Below are positions 8,951 through 18,989 of a stretch of 53,112 bases of DNA, piece after piece. Numbering within the stretch: the first letter of the stretch is position 1; every line of letters begins with the position of its first letter. Below the pieces are notes generated by a model. It was not told where the DNA came from. It saw only the letters and a list, made by a program, of their open reading frames with translations, and did no database searches. The position numbers and the translations under genes were made by a program. Origin of the DNA: a virus (taxonomy: Duplodnaviria > Caudoviricetes); the IMG/VR virus record IMGVR_UViG_3300012204_000011, positions 1 to 53,112 of that record. The stretch is one strand, 5' to 3'.

Positions 8951-9786
8951 GGCTCACCTCCCGCGCCGTCGCTGCTCTGCGGAGAGGAGGCGGGCTCGGC
9001 CAGTGGCCGGTTCGAGAGGGATTGCATGTCGGGGCACGAGCAGCGCCCATGGGTCGCGCTGTGCGGCATGGACTCCCAGTTCGCGTACACGATTCCGCCG
9101 CATCGGCGACACAGATAAGCGTGGCAGTCGCCGCAGTACGGCAGGCACGAGGCGCGCCTCGCGTGGAGGCTCCCCATCATCGGGCAGCAGCAGTCTTCGA
9201 TCGTCGCGATGATCTCGGGACCTCCCTTCGTGTCGGGCCCCGTGGCCGCGGTCGTCCCCTCGGGAGCGCCCCCGCTGCCGAACGTGATGGTGAGCCGCAT
9301 CCCCTCGCCGTGTGGGTCATGCCCCGGCCCGTCCGCGCGGTCCCTCGGGGCGGGCTCCCCGGGGACCCAGAGCGTTCCCGCCGGGGCCGGAACGTCCTCA
9401 GGCGCCGTGGCGTCCGCAGCGACGAGGAGGCGCCGGACCTCCCCCTGGCAGTCGTTGTGCGTCGCGTGCTCGCCAGCGCCGCATACAGACGACGCCTTCG
9501 GGCCCGGGACGAGATGGAGGAGCGCACGCTTGATTTGGTGCCGCAGCCACGCCGCTTCGTGGGGCGTCGGTGCCGCTGGCGCCGGGGAGGAGGCGTCGAG
9601 GGCGCGGAGCCGGAGGAGGGCGTCGTACTCCTCGCGCGCCCGCATGACGAGTGCGCGCCATGCGTCGTACTTGTCGGGGCCGTCCTCGGGGGCGAGATCG
9701 TTGGCCGCATGGAGCAGCGCCGCGAGCGCCCGGATTACGTTGCCGCTGTATGCCTTCGCCTTCGCCGTCGCTTCCTCGCGCGTCAT
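8947..9786 (-). CDS. Hypothetical multi-segment protein with C-terminal Cys-rich (Zn-binding) region
   Basis: ATG 9786 with GGAGG; CCC, CxxC, CxxC, CxC motifs. Confidence 0.6.
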   Translation of the reverse strand: MTREEATAKAKAYSGNVIRALAALLHAANDLAPEDGPDKYDAWRALVMRAREEYDALLRLRALDASSPAPAAPTPHEAAWLRHQIKRALLHLVPGPKASSVCGAGEHATHNDCQGEVRRLLVAADATAPEDVPAPAGTLWVPGEPAPRDRADGPGHDPHGEGMRLTITFGSGGAPEGTTAATGPDTKGGPEIIATIEDCCCPMMGSLHARRASCLPYCGDCHAYLCRRCGGIVYANWESMPHSATHGRCSCPDMQSLSNRPLAEPASSPQSSDGAGGEP

Positions 9787-10301
9787 CGCGAACCCTCCGT
9801 CGTGGGGTGTCCGCCGTCGGTCACAGGGGAGGGGGCGCGAACCTCGATGGCCGCGAGCATCTTGGCGGACGTGTTGCGGAGCAGGCGCTGGAGCGTCTCG
9901 CCGTGGACCTCGATCGGGAACACCCGCCCCGTGCGCGCCATCCCAGCGCAGGTGCAGTCCACGATCATCTCGATGAGATCGAGGAGATCCGCGTCGTCGT
10001 GCATGCGGTCGTTGATGTGGTGCTTCTCGGTGAGGTGCAGCGCCCACCACGGGTGATCCTTGAACTCGATCTCCTTCCGCATCGCCTGCGCGAAGTTCTC
10101 GTGGAACAGGTCAATGGCGCCGACCTTCGTGTGGTCGTGCCGCTCGGCGCGCTCGATCATCTCAGCGGCCAGCGCCGCCATCACGCGCCGGACGTGCGAG
10201 CGGTGGAGGTGCGACTCGCGCAGGAGCACGTCCTTCGCGGGGATCTCGGAGGCAGAGCGCGTGTCCGCGCCCGTGGTTGGCTCGATCTGGATCGTCTTCA
10301 T
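9783..10301 (-). CDS. HD-like (DUF5662-like) putative metal-dependent hydrolase
   Basis: H..RVM...RAERHDHTK, HLTEKHH, LLDLIEMIVDC motifs. Confidence 0.65.
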   Translation of the reverse strand: MKTIQIEPTTGADTRSASEIPAKDVLLRESHLHRSHVRRVMAALAAEMIERAERHDHTKVGAIDLFHENFAQAMRKEIEFKDHPWWALHLTEKHHINDRMHDDADLLDLIEMIVDCTCAGMARTGRVFPIEVHGETLQRLLRNTSAKMLAAIEVRAPSPVTDGGHPTTEGSR

Positions 10302-10843
10302 CGGGTCTCCTCCTTCCCCGTGGTGTCCGCGGGAGCGGGGGTTGCAGTGGACGGGGGAGCGAAAGGGGCGGCAAAGTTCCGCCGCGCGAATTCGCCATGC
10401 GCCTCGACGGCGGCAACGTCGTAGGCGCCTGCGGCCTCCTCCCGTGTGGCGTAATAGCCGAGGGAGTGCTGCTTGCCGGCGATCCTGATGTGCGCCCGCC
10501 ACTTCCGGTCGCGCTTGTGCCAGGAGACGCCCTTGAGCCCGCTGGCGTTGTTCGCCTGCGCGCTGCGATTCGCCTGGTTCTGCTGCGCGGTCGCGATTCG
10601 GAGGTTGGCCCGGCGATTGTCCAGCCCGTTGCCGTTGACGTGGTCCACCTCGACGTCTGGATCGGTGATGCCCAGCACCTCGCGGTGGAGACGGAACTCC
10701 CGCAGTTTGCCGCCCCGCCGCGCGCCGCGCGCCGCGTACCACGCGCGGCAGTCGCGCTTCGCGTACCATTTGTGCGCCGCGAGGTGGGCGTCACGGTCAT
10801 CGATCAGGGCGACCTTGCCTTGGGTGAGCGGAATCGCGATCAC
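10298..10843 (-). CDS. HNH-AP2 homing endonuclease
   Basis: IPLTQGKVALIDD, LHREVLG, VDHVNGNGLDNRRANLR, SGLKGVSW...WRAHI...LGYY..EEAAGAYD...HGEFARRNF. Confidence 0.92.
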   Translation of the reverse strand: MIAIPLTQGKVALIDDRDAHLAAHKWYAKRDCRAWYAARGARRGGKLREFRLHREVLGITDPDVEVDHVNGNGLDNRRANLRIATAQQNQANRSAQANNASGLKGVSWHKRDRKWRAHIRIAGKQHSLGYYATREEAAGAYDVAAVEAHGEFARRNFAAPFAPPSTATPAPADTTGKEETR

Positions 10844-11283
10844 GGCGTCGTCCCCTTCGCGGTGACGGGGGGAGCGCGGTACGCCTTGACGGCAGCGGTC
10901 AGCGCCTCGGCCTCTTCCCAACCGACGGTCGTGATCTCGATCTCGTCGTCGGTGTCGGCGTCGATGCGCCCCTCGGCCTCGAAGCTATCGGCCGCCTCGA
11001 GCGCTGCGCCCAGCACCTTCGCCGCGAGCCTGCGCCTGCGCGTGACCTCCTCCACCGGGAGCATCGACGTGGAGCCGTCGGCCTCGTACCAAGGGGCGAG
11101 CGGCGGGCGGAAGTCGTCCGGCTGCGCTGCGGGAGGCACGGCGCGGGAGGCGGCGGCCCGCTCGATCTCCGCGATGGCCGGACCCAGCAGTCCCTTCGCG
11201 GCCTCGGCGGGGTAGCGCACGTCGCCGCCGATCATCTGGGAGTAGAGGTGGCGCAACTGCGCGACGGCATGGTCAAGGCTCAT
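10840..11283 (-). CDS. Hypothetical protein
   Basis: ATG 11283 with GGAGG; coupled stop. Confidence 0.6.
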   Translation of the reverse strand: MSLDHAVAQLRHLYSQMIGGDVRYPAEAAKGLLGPAIAEIERAAASRAVPPAAQPDDFRPPLAPWYEADGSTSMLPVEEVTRRRRLAAKVLGAALEAADSFEAEGRIDADTDDEIEITTVGWEEAEALTAAVKAYRAPPVTAKGTTP

Positions 11284-12244
11284 GGCTTCGGTCCTCCTCG
11301 GAGTGGGGACAGGCGCAGATCCCGGTCTGAGTGCAGCCGCAGCCGCCTCTGCACTTCGGGCTCTCGCACCAGTCGTCGGCGGGGTACGCCGCGTCCTCGG
11401 CCCCGGAGGCGCGCGCGGGGCTAGAGGAGAGGGCGGCACGCGCTCCGTCGTACTCGGGGCCAGGCGAGCCCCGTAGAACCACGCCCCACCAACAGCGGTC
11501 CGCGTGACCGTTGCTATCGTTCCCCGGGCAAGCAGGGCATTTGATGAGCGACGCTGCGTGCATCGCGAGTTCCAGCGCCTCTACCCGATCCCGGAGGGCG
11601 TCGCGCTGTTCGGTGGCGCACGCGAGGCACGGCGGGCCCGGCGCTCGGCACGGCTCGCCTCGACGCGATCCGCAGCCCTTTAGGTGTGTCTCGTAGTGGC
11701 GGCGAATCTCAGAGGACTCGCGCTCGGCGGCCTCGGCGCGGTCACGCATGGCGTTCTCGCAATCGACGCAGACCTCCATCGCCTCCTGGCTCATGCCGAG
11801 CGCTGCGGCCGCCTCGTCCCGATCCCTCCGCAGGTCATCGAGCCGGGCGAGGAGGGAGGCGCGGGCGGGCCGATCCAGCACGTCGTGGGTGCCCTGCTGC
11901 CAATACCGGAGTGCCGCACTCGTCTCCGACTCGACGGCCTTGACCATCGCCTCGTCGGCCTCCCGTTCCGGGGGCTGCGTCGCCTCGGCGGGGGCGGGGG
12001 GCGGGGCGCTAGCGATGTGCCGCGACGATCCGCAGTGCCTGTAGACCGTCCGCTCTCGGCCGCAGTCGGGGCAGTTGACCCCCTCCCCCTTCGCCGGGGA
12101 CGACGCGCGCGAGGCGCGGACCTCGGAGAGCAGAGCGCGCACGGTCGCGCGACGGATCGGCGGGAACAACCAGTCCGTCGGGTGAGCCTCGCCCATCCGC
12201 TCCAGCCCCGCGATCTCCTCGTCGCTCAGGCGAGGGGTCGTCAC
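11273..12244 (-). CDS. Hypothetical mosaic protein with several Cys clusters
   Basis: 323 aa; CPDC, CVDC, CLAC, CPAC, CxxxxCxxxCxC. Confidence 0.6.
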   Translation of the reverse strand: MTTPRLSDEEIAGLERMGEAHPTDWLFPPIRRATVRALLSEVRASRASSPAKGEGVNCPDCGRERTVYRHCGSSRHIASAPPPAPAEATQPPEREADEAMVKAVESETSAALRYWQQGTHDVLDRPARASLLARLDDLRRDRDEAAAALGMSQEAMEVCVDCENAMRDRAEAAERESSEIRRHYETHLKGCGSRRGEPCRAPGPPCLACATEQRDALRDRVEALELAMHAASLIKCPACPGNDSNGHADRCWWGVVLRGSPGPEYDGARAALSSSPARASGAEDAAYPADDWCESPKCRGGCGCTQTGICACPHSEEDRSHEP

Positions 12245-12570
12245 GGCCGCCCTCCATCGTCAGTGGACGGGGCGGGGGCGACTCCGCCGCCCTCGACCTG
12301 GCAGGCATCGCAGAGCCACACGCCGTCCTCTTCGCCGTACGCAGCGCCCTCTGGGCGGTCGGGATCGACGAGGTGCCCGCAACCTTCGCAGACCGCGAAC
12401 TCGATCTCCGCCAACTCATGCGCGCGCACGCACATCGGAACCATGTCGGCGAGGGCCTCCACCCCGAGGCGGATCACCTCCTCGATCACGGCCGGCGGAA
12501 TCCCCGCGAGGCGGATGCGCGTGTGCTTCCGCTGAATCATGCGGAGGTGGATGCGCTCGGCGAGTGTCAT
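12241..12570 (-). CDS. Hypothetical Zn-finger protein
   Basis: CEGC...LCDAC; AGGAG RBS. Confidence 0.6.
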   Translation of the reverse strand: MTLAERIHLRMIQRKHTRIRLAGIPPAVIEEVIRLGVEALADMVPMCVRAHELAEIEFAVCEGCGHLVDPDRPEGAAYGEEDGVWLCDACQVEGGGVAPAPSTDDGGRP

Positions 12571-12572
12571 CG

Positions 12573-12983
12573 CTACTCCTTCGTTTCGGTTGCGTGGGTC
12601 GTCGTGGCCGGCATGAGATCGGGCGTGTCTTGCGCCCGGAGGGCATCGAGAGCGAGAGGCGTGGGCGGGCGCACCCCGGCGATTCGGTAGAGTCGATCCG
12701 CGACAAGGGGCGTCGTAGTCCACATCGGCGGCCCCGCGTGCTCGCGCGCCATGAGCAGGATCTCGCCCTTGAGCCGCTCCACCTCCGTGAGTCGGGCCTC
12801 CGCCTCCGTCGCTCGGTCCAGCAGCGCGCTCGCCTGGGCGTCCATGACGGAGATGGCGGCCTCGGCGATGACGAGCTTCTCGAGCTGCGCGGCGCGTTCC
12901 TCGGCCAACCTTCGCTCCAACGCCGCGATCGTCTCGCGCATAGAGTCCTCGTTCGTCGCCTGCGTCTCGGCTGCGGTCGCCAC
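12573..12983 (-). CDS. Hypothetical coiled-coil protein
   Basis: GTG 12983 after upstream stop. Confidence 0.5.
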   Translation of the reverse strand: MATAAETQATNEDSMRETIAALERRLAEERAAQLEKLVIAEAAISVMDAQASALLDRATEAEARLTEVERLKGEILLMAREHAGPPMWTTTPLVADRLYRIAGVRPPTPLALDALRAQDTPDLMPATTTHATETKE

Positions 12984-12985
12984 GG

Positions 12986-13222
12986 CTAGGCTCCCTTCGC
13001 CGGCGCCGGCGAGACGAGGGCGAGGTGCTCGACGGAGACGCCGCCGGAGACCCCCTCGATCGAGACGATCCAGTCGCCGCTCCCGAGCTTCCAAGGCTCG
13101 GAGAGGACCTCGCGGTTCGCGTGCGTCACGGGGCCCGAGCGGAGGGATCGGTAGTCGACGCGGGCGCCCGGCTTGAGCCAGGCGGGCGGGGGCATAGGCT
13201 TTCGGCGCATCGGGACGGGCAT
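12986..13222 (-). CDS. Hypothetical protein
   Basis: LKPGARVDYRS...SEPWKLGSGDWIVSIEGVSGGVSVEHL, SH3-like phage protein. Confidence 0.65.
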   Translation of the reverse strand: MPVPMRRKPMPPPAWLKPGARVDYRSLRSGPVTHANREVLSEPWKLGSGDWIVSIEGVSGGVSVEHLALVSPAPAKGA

Positions 13223-13224
13223 GG

Positions 13225-13725
13225 TCAGCTCCAAGGGAACGGGGTGAGCGATCCGGCGAGGTACAGCGGATGCTGAGGGAACCCGCCCTTCGTCAGTTTC
13301 AGAGCGTGGAGTTCGCGGCGCGGCGTCGCGTTCGCGAGCATCCGGCGCACGGTGTCCTCGCGATGGCGGAAGTTCCCGTGGACGCCCCAGCCCGCGATCG
13401 TCATCGCGCAGCGCGCGGTGGCCGCGAGAATGGCGGCGTCGTTGTCGGGTCCGACCGGATCCACCGCGGCGCGCATCACGGTCGGCTTCGGCGATCGGAA
13501 GCCGAACAGGTTCCAGACCTCGAACCCGCCGAAGCCCCACGCCATCGTGAAGTCCTTCACGCGCGTGAGCGTCGGGTCGAGCTTCTCAGCGTCGGCGCTC
13601 GAAGGGTTCAACATCCCCCAGCCGAGGCGCGGCTTCGACGCGTCCCAGGTCGCGACCAGGCCGTAGCGGTAGAGGCCGCAGGGCGAGAAGGTCGCGCCGC
13701 GCTCGACGTAGGTGGGCTCAGGCAA
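13225..13725 (-). CDS. DUF1643 family protein
   Basis: FSPCGLYRYGL..W, MLNPSSADAEKLDPT, NLFGFRS, NDAAI, AGWG, PQHPLY. Confidence 0.88.
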   Translation of the reverse strand: MPEPTYVERGATFSPCGLYRYGLVATWDASKPRLGWGMLNPSSADAEKLDPTLTRVKDFTMAWGFGGFEVWNLFGFRSPKPTVMRAAVDPVGPDNDAAILAATARCAMTIAGWGVHGNFRHREDTVRRMLANATPRRELHALKLTKGGFPQHPLYLAGSLTPFPWS

Positions 13726-14323
13726 CGGCGGCCTCCTGGGCAGGCGCGTCGATCCCGAGCTCGGCGCGGAGGGCGGGGGCGAACTGCCCGCGGAAGATTT
13801 CGTGGAAGAACCGGAGCGACCAAGCCGGCCAGCGGTCACGACAGACGGACGAGACCTCGTACCCGTCGCTCTCGAAGACGTGCCCGTAGAGCGCCGGGCA
13901 CTCCGTCATCACGAGGTGGACGAAGAACGTCGCGTCGCGGGTCTCCTCAAGTTCGTCGGCCTCGTCCCATGCGGCCCGCGCCTCGGCCTTGTCGAGGGAA
14001 CCCACGCACGCGCCGGCGCGCCGCTTGTCGAGGATCCGCTTTCGAACGGCGCGGAGCGTGGCCTCGAAGTCGAACTCCCGGTCGCCACGCTTGACCTTCC
14101 CGATGAAGTAGTCTGGATCCGTGAGCTGCAGGAGGAAGTGCTTGAAGCTCTCGCGCCCGTGGTGCCCCCAGCCGTCGTAGGCGTAGTCGCCCACGTCCGA
14201 CACGGCCTGGAAAATGCCGCGCGGGTCGAGCGTGATGATCGCCCACATCCCGTGTGGCCCGTTGAACTGGTACTGCTCGACGGTCTTCTTCGTGAACGTC
14301 CAGCCGGCGGTCGGGTCAGCCAC
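13718..14323 (-). CDS. Hypothetical conserved phage protein
   Basis: SDVGDYAYDGW...SFKHFL...DYFIGK. Confidence 0.7.
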   Translation of the reverse strand: MADPTAGWTFTKKTVEQYQFNGPHGMWAIITLDPRGIFQAVSDVGDYAYDGWGHHGRESFKHFLLQLTDPDYFIGKVKRGDREFDFEATLRAVRKRILDKRRAGACVGSLDKAEARAAWDEADELEETRDATFFVHLVMTECPALYGHVFESDGYEVSSVCRDRWPAWSLRFFHEIFRGQFAPALRAELGIDAPAQEAAVA

Positions 14324-15191
14324 GGTCCACCTCGGGAGCCCGCGGCGCGGGCGGGGTCCAACCCTCGGAACCGACGGTGATGATCACGGGCGCGCCATCG
14401 CGCGCCTCGTCGCGCAGGTGCGACTCGATCGCCTCCTCCTTCGTGGCGTAGCCCTCGCTCAGCGGGAACTCGGGGTGATCCCAGTAGCGGTCGCACCACT
14501 TCTCCGCGTTCGCGCGCGCCAGCTCGGGGGTGAGGTCGATGAAGACGCGCTCGCCGGGCTGCGGCTTGTAGTCGGGCCGCACCTGGTCGAGGTGCCAGTC
14601 GACGTGGGAGAGGAGCTCGTCGTCGCCGAACGGTCCCTGCCGACCCTTCGGGCCGACGAGGAACGGCGTCACGCCGTCGCGGCTGTTCCAGACCCACTCG
14701 ACGCCGGAGCCGTCCTTCCGGGCGTACTTCATCCGGCAGAAGGCTTCGCCGTGGACGTATTTTCGCGGCGTCTCCGGGGTGCAGGCGGGCTCACCGTGGA
14801 ACCTCTTGCAGACGCGGCACCAGGAGAGGGTGCTCGGCGGCCGCTCGGTCTCTGGCGCCGCGCGGCCGCAGCTCGCGCAGGCGATGAAGAGGGTGCGCGG
14901 GAAGCGCTGGAGCGCGCCGGCGGAGCAGAGGGGGCAGAGATCGCCGTGGCGCCAGAAGCTCGGGCGCACGAACAGCGGCTTCTCGCCTCCGACCACGACG
15001 ACGTCGACGCCCGAGCGCGCGATCTCCCGGGCGACCCGGGCCAGGTCGACGTCGGCGCGCGGCGGGGGCACGAGGAGGGGATCCAGCGGCGGCGGGCGGT
15101 AGGTCGCGAGGGCCGCTCCCGTCCGCTGGTTCTCGCGTCGGCGCTCCTCGAGGCGCCGCTTCGCGCGGCGGATCCTGCTCTGTCGGGACAT
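14316..15191 (-). CDS. Hypothetical protein with Zn-ribbon motifs
   Basis: CPLC, CASC, CRVC; HGEAFCRMKY...WNSRDGVTPF. Confidence 0.65.
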   Translation of the reverse strand: MSRQSRIRRAKRRLEERRRENQRTGAALATYRPPPLDPLLVPPPRADVDLARVAREIARSGVDVVVVGGEKPLFVRPSFWRHGDLCPLCSAGALQRFPRTLFIACASCGRAAPETERPPSTLSWCRVCKRFHGEPACTPETPRKYVHGEAFCRMKYARKDGSGVEWVWNSRDGVTPFLVGPKGRQGPFGDDELLSHVDWHLDQVRPDYKPQPGERVFIDLTPELARANAEKWCDRYWDHPEFPLSEGYATKEEAIESHLRDEARDGAPVIITVGSEGWTPPAPRAPEVDRG

Positions 15192-15484
15192 CACCGCACC
15201 TCCGTGGTCTGCTTCCGGTACCAAGCAAGGAGCCTCTCGGCGCCGCCGCCGCGCGTCGTCCCGCCCGCGCTCCCCACGACCCGCCAGCGTCCCGTGCTCA
15301 CGTAGAAGTCGATCTTGGGCCGGCCCGGCTCCCGGAGCAGGAGGGTCGCGCCGAGCAGGCCGTCCGGGCTCTCGCGGAGCGAGAACCGGAGGCCGCTCGC
15401 GCGGAGCACCGCCAGATCCGCCTCGGCGCGGCGCACGTGGCGCGCGCGCCACTCCTCGCGCGTCTCGGGGATGGCGGGGTCCAT
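15191..15484 (-). CDS. Hypothetical protein
   Basis: TGATG coupling; KIDFYVSTGRW motif. Confidence 0.65.
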   Translation of the reverse strand: MDPAIPETREEWRARHVRRAEADLAVLRASGLRFSLRESPDGLLGATLLLREPGRPKIDFYVSTGRWRVVGSAGGTTRGGGAERLLAWYRKQTTEVR

Positions 15485-16026
15485 CAGCGAACCTCCTCGG
15501 CGCCGCGCAGCGCCTCGAGCTTGCGGAACCTCTCGGGGACCAGGTAGTCGTGGCGTGCGGCCCACCGCTTCACGTCGGGGAGCCACGCGAGCGGCTTCTT
15601 GTCGAAACCCAGCGGCCCCTGGTGGCACTCGTGGTGCTCCATGAGGCAGTTGCGGACGCTCTGCTGCTGCCGGCGCTTCCCGCTCCCGCCGTCGAGGTGG
15701 CACATCTGGGCTTCGTCGGGATTCCGGGGCAGCGGCCGGCCGCAGAGTTCCCCGACCCACCCGAACCGGAGCGCGCGCTGCACGCAACGCTCGCGGACGC
15801 GTGCGGTCTCCGCTCTCAGCGCGGCGTCCTGCCTACCGCGAACGTCCTCGTGGTGCTCGACGCTCGCGATCGACGGCTTCTGCGGCGCCGCGCGCGGCTC
15901 GGCGAGCGAGGGGAGCAACCTCCTAGCCTCCCGCGTGATGTCGGGGCTGAGCTGCCCCCGGTCGAGCGCCTGGAGCACGGACCTGATGTCCCGGGCGTCG
16001 GTGACCTTGATCCGGATCGTCTTCAC
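15484..16026 (-). CDS. Putative degenerate HNH-fold nuclease
   Basis: QMCHLDGG...VRNCLMEHHECHQG. Confidence 0.5.
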   Translation of the reverse strand: MKTIRIKVTDARDIRSVLQALDRGQLSPDITREARRLLPSLAEPRAAPQKPSIASVEHHEDVRGRQDAALRAETARVRERCVQRALRFGWVGELCGRPLPRNPDEAQMCHLDGGSGKRRQQQSVRNCLMEHHECHQGPLGFDKKPLAWLPDVKRWAARHDYLVPERFRKLEALRGAEEVR

Positions 16027-16883
16027 GCGGCCCTCCGCTCGGGGATCGCCCAGCGCCCCGCGGCGCGCACCGCGCCGACGGCGCGGAGGTCGCGGTACAG
16101 GGCCCGGTCTCCGGCGATGCCGGCCCACCAGCAGGGGTGCGCTTCGCGCAGGTCGGCGGCCGAGCACGGCACCATCCGCCGCACGACCGTCTGGCGCGCC
16201 ATCGGCGCGTGCGACTGGCCGCAGCCGCGGCAGATCGCCGAGGCGGCGAGCTCGACCTTGCGCCCGCGCATCACCTCGGCGTGGAGGGCACGCAGCTTTG
16301 CGAGCGAGCGGGGCGTCACCCGGGCACTCCGCGGCCGGTAGAAGGTTCCGAGCCGCTCGATGATCTCGGCCCAGGTGATCCCGGCGGCACGGATCTGGGC
16401 GAACAGGCGGCGCGCCTCCGCTGCACGAACGTAGCGGGGGTCGGCCCGGTCGCGGCGGAACTCGCCCGGGCGCCGCGTCGCCATGATCTTCGCGTGGAGG
16501 GATCGGATCCGAACCGCAGTAATTGCCCAAACGCGCCCGCGCTCGCCGAGCCGCAGCTCGCGAGTCTTGAGCCCGAGACGGAGGGCGATCTCGCCTCGCG
16601 TCAGGCCAGCGGACAGGAGTTCCCCGATGAGCGCTCGGGTTGGGCCCGCCGGGATGCTGGATCGGTCGTCCGCGGCGCCAGCATCGACGGAGAGGAGGCG
16701 CTGGGCGGTGGCCGCGCGGAGAACCCGCTGGCGCCCAGAGAGCACGTTGCGAACCGTCGTCTTCGAGACGTCGCAGGCCGCCTCGATCGAGGTGCAGCCG
16801 ACGCCCGCCCAGCGGAGGGCGCGCAGGTGGGCGCGCACGGGCGCGGCGTCGACGAGCACGTCGGCTCTCGCGAGATCCGTCAC
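16023..16883 (-). CDS. Multi-HTH DNA-binding protein
   Basis: VDAAPVRAHLRAL..GVGCTSIEAACDVSKTTVRNVLSGR; further HTH-like repeats; C-terminal CRGC. Confidence 0.65.
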   Translation of the reverse strand: MTDLARADVLVDAAPVRAHLRALRWAGVGCTSIEAACDVSKTTVRNVLSGRQRVLRAATAQRLLSVDAGAADDRSSIPAGPTRALIGELLSAGLTRGEIALRLGLKTRELRLGERGRVWAITAVRIRSLHAKIMATRRPGEFRRDRADPRYVRAAEARRLFAQIRAAGITWAEIIERLGTFYRPRSARVTPRSLAKLRALHAEVMRGRKVELAASAICRGCGQSHAPMARQTVVRRMVPCSAADLREAHPCWWAGIAGDRALYRDLRAVGAVRAAGRWAIPERRAA

Positions 16884-17176
16884 GCTGCGGCCCTCTTCCG
16901 CGCGAACTGCGCCTCGACCCATGCGCGCGCCTTCCCGAGCGCGGCGTCCGGGCTCGGACCGAAGAACCATTTCCGCAGGAGCTTCTCCTCCGTCTTCGTC
17001 GAGGAGGGGATCGCCTTCTCGACGAGGCGATACACCGTGGCGCAGTAGCGCTCGCCGGGGATCTCGTCTCCGAGGTCCTCGAGCCCGCCGAAGCGGGTGC
17101 GGCACTTCTCCTCAAGCCAGCGCAGGTCGGCGGCGGCCGCGGGGGAGAACTGCACGTCGAGGAGCTTCTCGGTCAC
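16880..17176 (-). CDS. Hypothetical protein
   Basis: GTGA-coupled ORF. Confidence 0.6.
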   Translation of the reverse strand: MTEKLLDVQFSPAAAADLRWLEEKCRTRFGGLEDLGDEIPGERYCATVYRLVEKAIPSSTKTEEKLLRKWFFGPSPDAALGKARAWVEAQFARKRAAA

Positions 17177-17793
17177 CGGGCGCCTCCGGCGGCCACGGTC
17201 GCCGCGGCGACGAGATGGCGGGTCTCGTCGCTGAGCACCAGCGCGAGCCCGATGACGAGCGGAGGGGGACCGTCGCCGGGAGTCGGGGCGAAGGCGAGCG
17301 CCCGGCGGACCGGCTTCCCGCCGATCTCCACGGCCGAGCGGATGATCCCGGCCGTGACCTCCACCGGGATGTCCCAGCCACCGATCCCGTCGGTGGAGGC
17401 CGCGCACCGGTTCGCGCTCTCGCTGAACGCCTGGACGCAAGCGAGGGGCCGGTGGTCGTACACGCGGCAGCGGCGATCGGGCGAGAGGAATGGACACGGG
17501 AACTCGCCGCGGCGGTCGCGGAGCCCGCGCCCCGGCGCGGCGGTCTCGCGGAGCAACCCGATCTGGGCGGCCACCTTCGCCGGAACGTCGGCGAGGTCTG
17601 CCCGGACCCGGGCGAGATGGGCGAGCGCTTCGGCCTCGGGGCGCGACAGGGGAGGCGAGTCGTTCGTGCAGCACCGCGCGGAACGGCAGCCGCCGCACGC
17701 CGGCGAATACCCGAGCACGTCGAGGGCTCGCCCGTGGGCTCGGCCGTAGGCGCGCACCGCCCGCGCGTGCTCGACGAGCAACTCAGCCGACAC
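17173..17793 (-). CDS. YkgJ-family (CxxCxxCC) Zn/Fe-S cluster protein
   Basis: CGGCRSARCC...CPFLSPDRRCRVYDHRPLAC. Confidence 0.85.
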   Translation of the reverse strand: MSAELLVEHARAVRAYGRAHGRALDVLGYSPACGGCRSARCCTNDSPPLSRPEAEALAHLARVRADLADVPAKVAAQIGLLRETAAPGRGLRDRRGEFPCPFLSPDRRCRVYDHRPLACVQAFSESANRCAASTDGIGGWDIPVEVTAGIIRSAVEIGGKPVRRALAFAPTPGDGPPPLVIGLALVLSDETRHLVAAATVAAGGAR

Positions 17794-18235
17794 GGGCGGC
17801 CCCTTTTGCGCGGATCGCCTTGGCGAGCGCCGCCGCGTGGGCGCCGATGTCGTTCATGGAACCGCGCCGCTCGTCGTGCCACGCCGCCTTGGCCTTCTCG
17901 CGCTCCTCGGGCGAGGAGATCGCCGCGAGGACCCGCTCCATGCGAGCGCGCTCGGCGCGGTTGCCGATCGTCACGGTCTCGAGCGCGGCGGCGATCTCTT
18001 CACGGCGACGCTCGATCGCGTCGCCGAACGGGTGCCCGAACTGCTCCCGCCAGAACTTGTCGAGCTGCGCCTCGCCGCGGGGCCCGAAGAAGAGGGGCAG
18101 CACCGACGCGCCTTCGGCGTCGTTCAGGCCGTACATCCCCTCGCCGAGGAACACCACCGCGGCGCAGACCACCTCGCGCTCGCCGGCGATGCTGTAGGCG
18201 TCGGAGGGGTTCACGATCTCGTAGAGGTCAGCCAC
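17783..18235 (-). CDS. Hypothetical protein
   Basis: LYEIVNPSDAY...HDERRGSMNDIG. Confidence 0.65.
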   Translation of the reverse strand: MADLYEIVNPSDAYSIAGEREVVCAAVVFLGEGMYGLNDAEGASVLPLFFGPRGEAQLDKFWREQFGHPFGDAIERRREEIAAALETVTIGNRAERARMERVLAAISSPEEREKAKAAWHDERRGSMNDIGAHAAALAKAIRAKGAARVG

Positions 18236-18989
18236 GGCGCGGCCCCTTGTGCGTGACCGCGTCGCCGGTGACATCCCTGCCCGTCAGCTCGGCGTGACCG
18301 TCGTTCCGCAGGTATCCGGAAGCGATCTCGGCGAGGAAGTGCTCCCGCGCCGCCTTCTCGGCGTCGGCGATCTCGAGCTTGGAGCCGACGAGCGGACCCT
18401 TCGCCGCGCCGGGAGCGAAGCGCAGCACGTCGAAGCGCCCGGGGCGAGCCACGACCTCGTACCGGCTGCCGTCGGGGAGCGTCGCGACCCGGAGGACGTC
18501 GCCCTCGCCCCGCTTCCACGCGAGCTTCGTGATCGGGATGAGCTTGCCGCCCCTCTCCTCCGCGGCCAGCTTCTCGTCGATCGCCTTACGTGCCTGCGGG
18601 CCGAGCGCGACCTCCTTGTCGCCGACCCCGATCGTCACGGTCGGCTCGCCACCGCCCGGGGCTGGCGGCTCTTCCTTGGGCTCGTCGGGCGGGGCGGGCT
18701 CGATGCCCGTGATCTGCTCGACGGCCTCGATCGCGTCGCGCAGGGCCCGGCCGACCTTGCGCTCCCGGTCGGTCTTCTCGGCCTCTATCCCAGGGAGATC
18801 GGGCTGGGCGGGCTGACGGCCCTCGAGGATGTCCCGCACCGTGTTCTCGTGGGTCCACTCGGCATCGAGCGCCGCCTTGAACACGTCGCGGATCTCGGCC
18901 TTCTCGGTGTCGAGCCGGTCGATCCGGCGGCGGGTGGCGAGGAGGTCCTCGACGTACTTCTCGCGAAGCTCCGGCGAGAGCGCGCTCAT
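18228..18989 (-). CDS. Hypothetical protein
   Basis: 253 aa, ATGA-coupled to ACP gene. Confidence 0.65.
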   Translation of the reverse strand: MSALSPELREKYVEDLLATRRRIDRLDTEKAEIRDVFKAALDAEWTHENTVRDILEGRQPAQPDLPGIEAEKTDRERKVGRALRDAIEAVEQITGIEPAPPDEPKEEPPAPGGGEPTVTIGVGDKEVALGPQARKAIDEKLAAEERGGKLIPITKLAWKRGEGDVLRVATLPDGSRYEVVARPGRFDVLRFAPGAAKGPLVGSKLEIADAEKAAREHFLAEIASGYLRNDGHAELTGRDVTGDAVTHKGPRRG

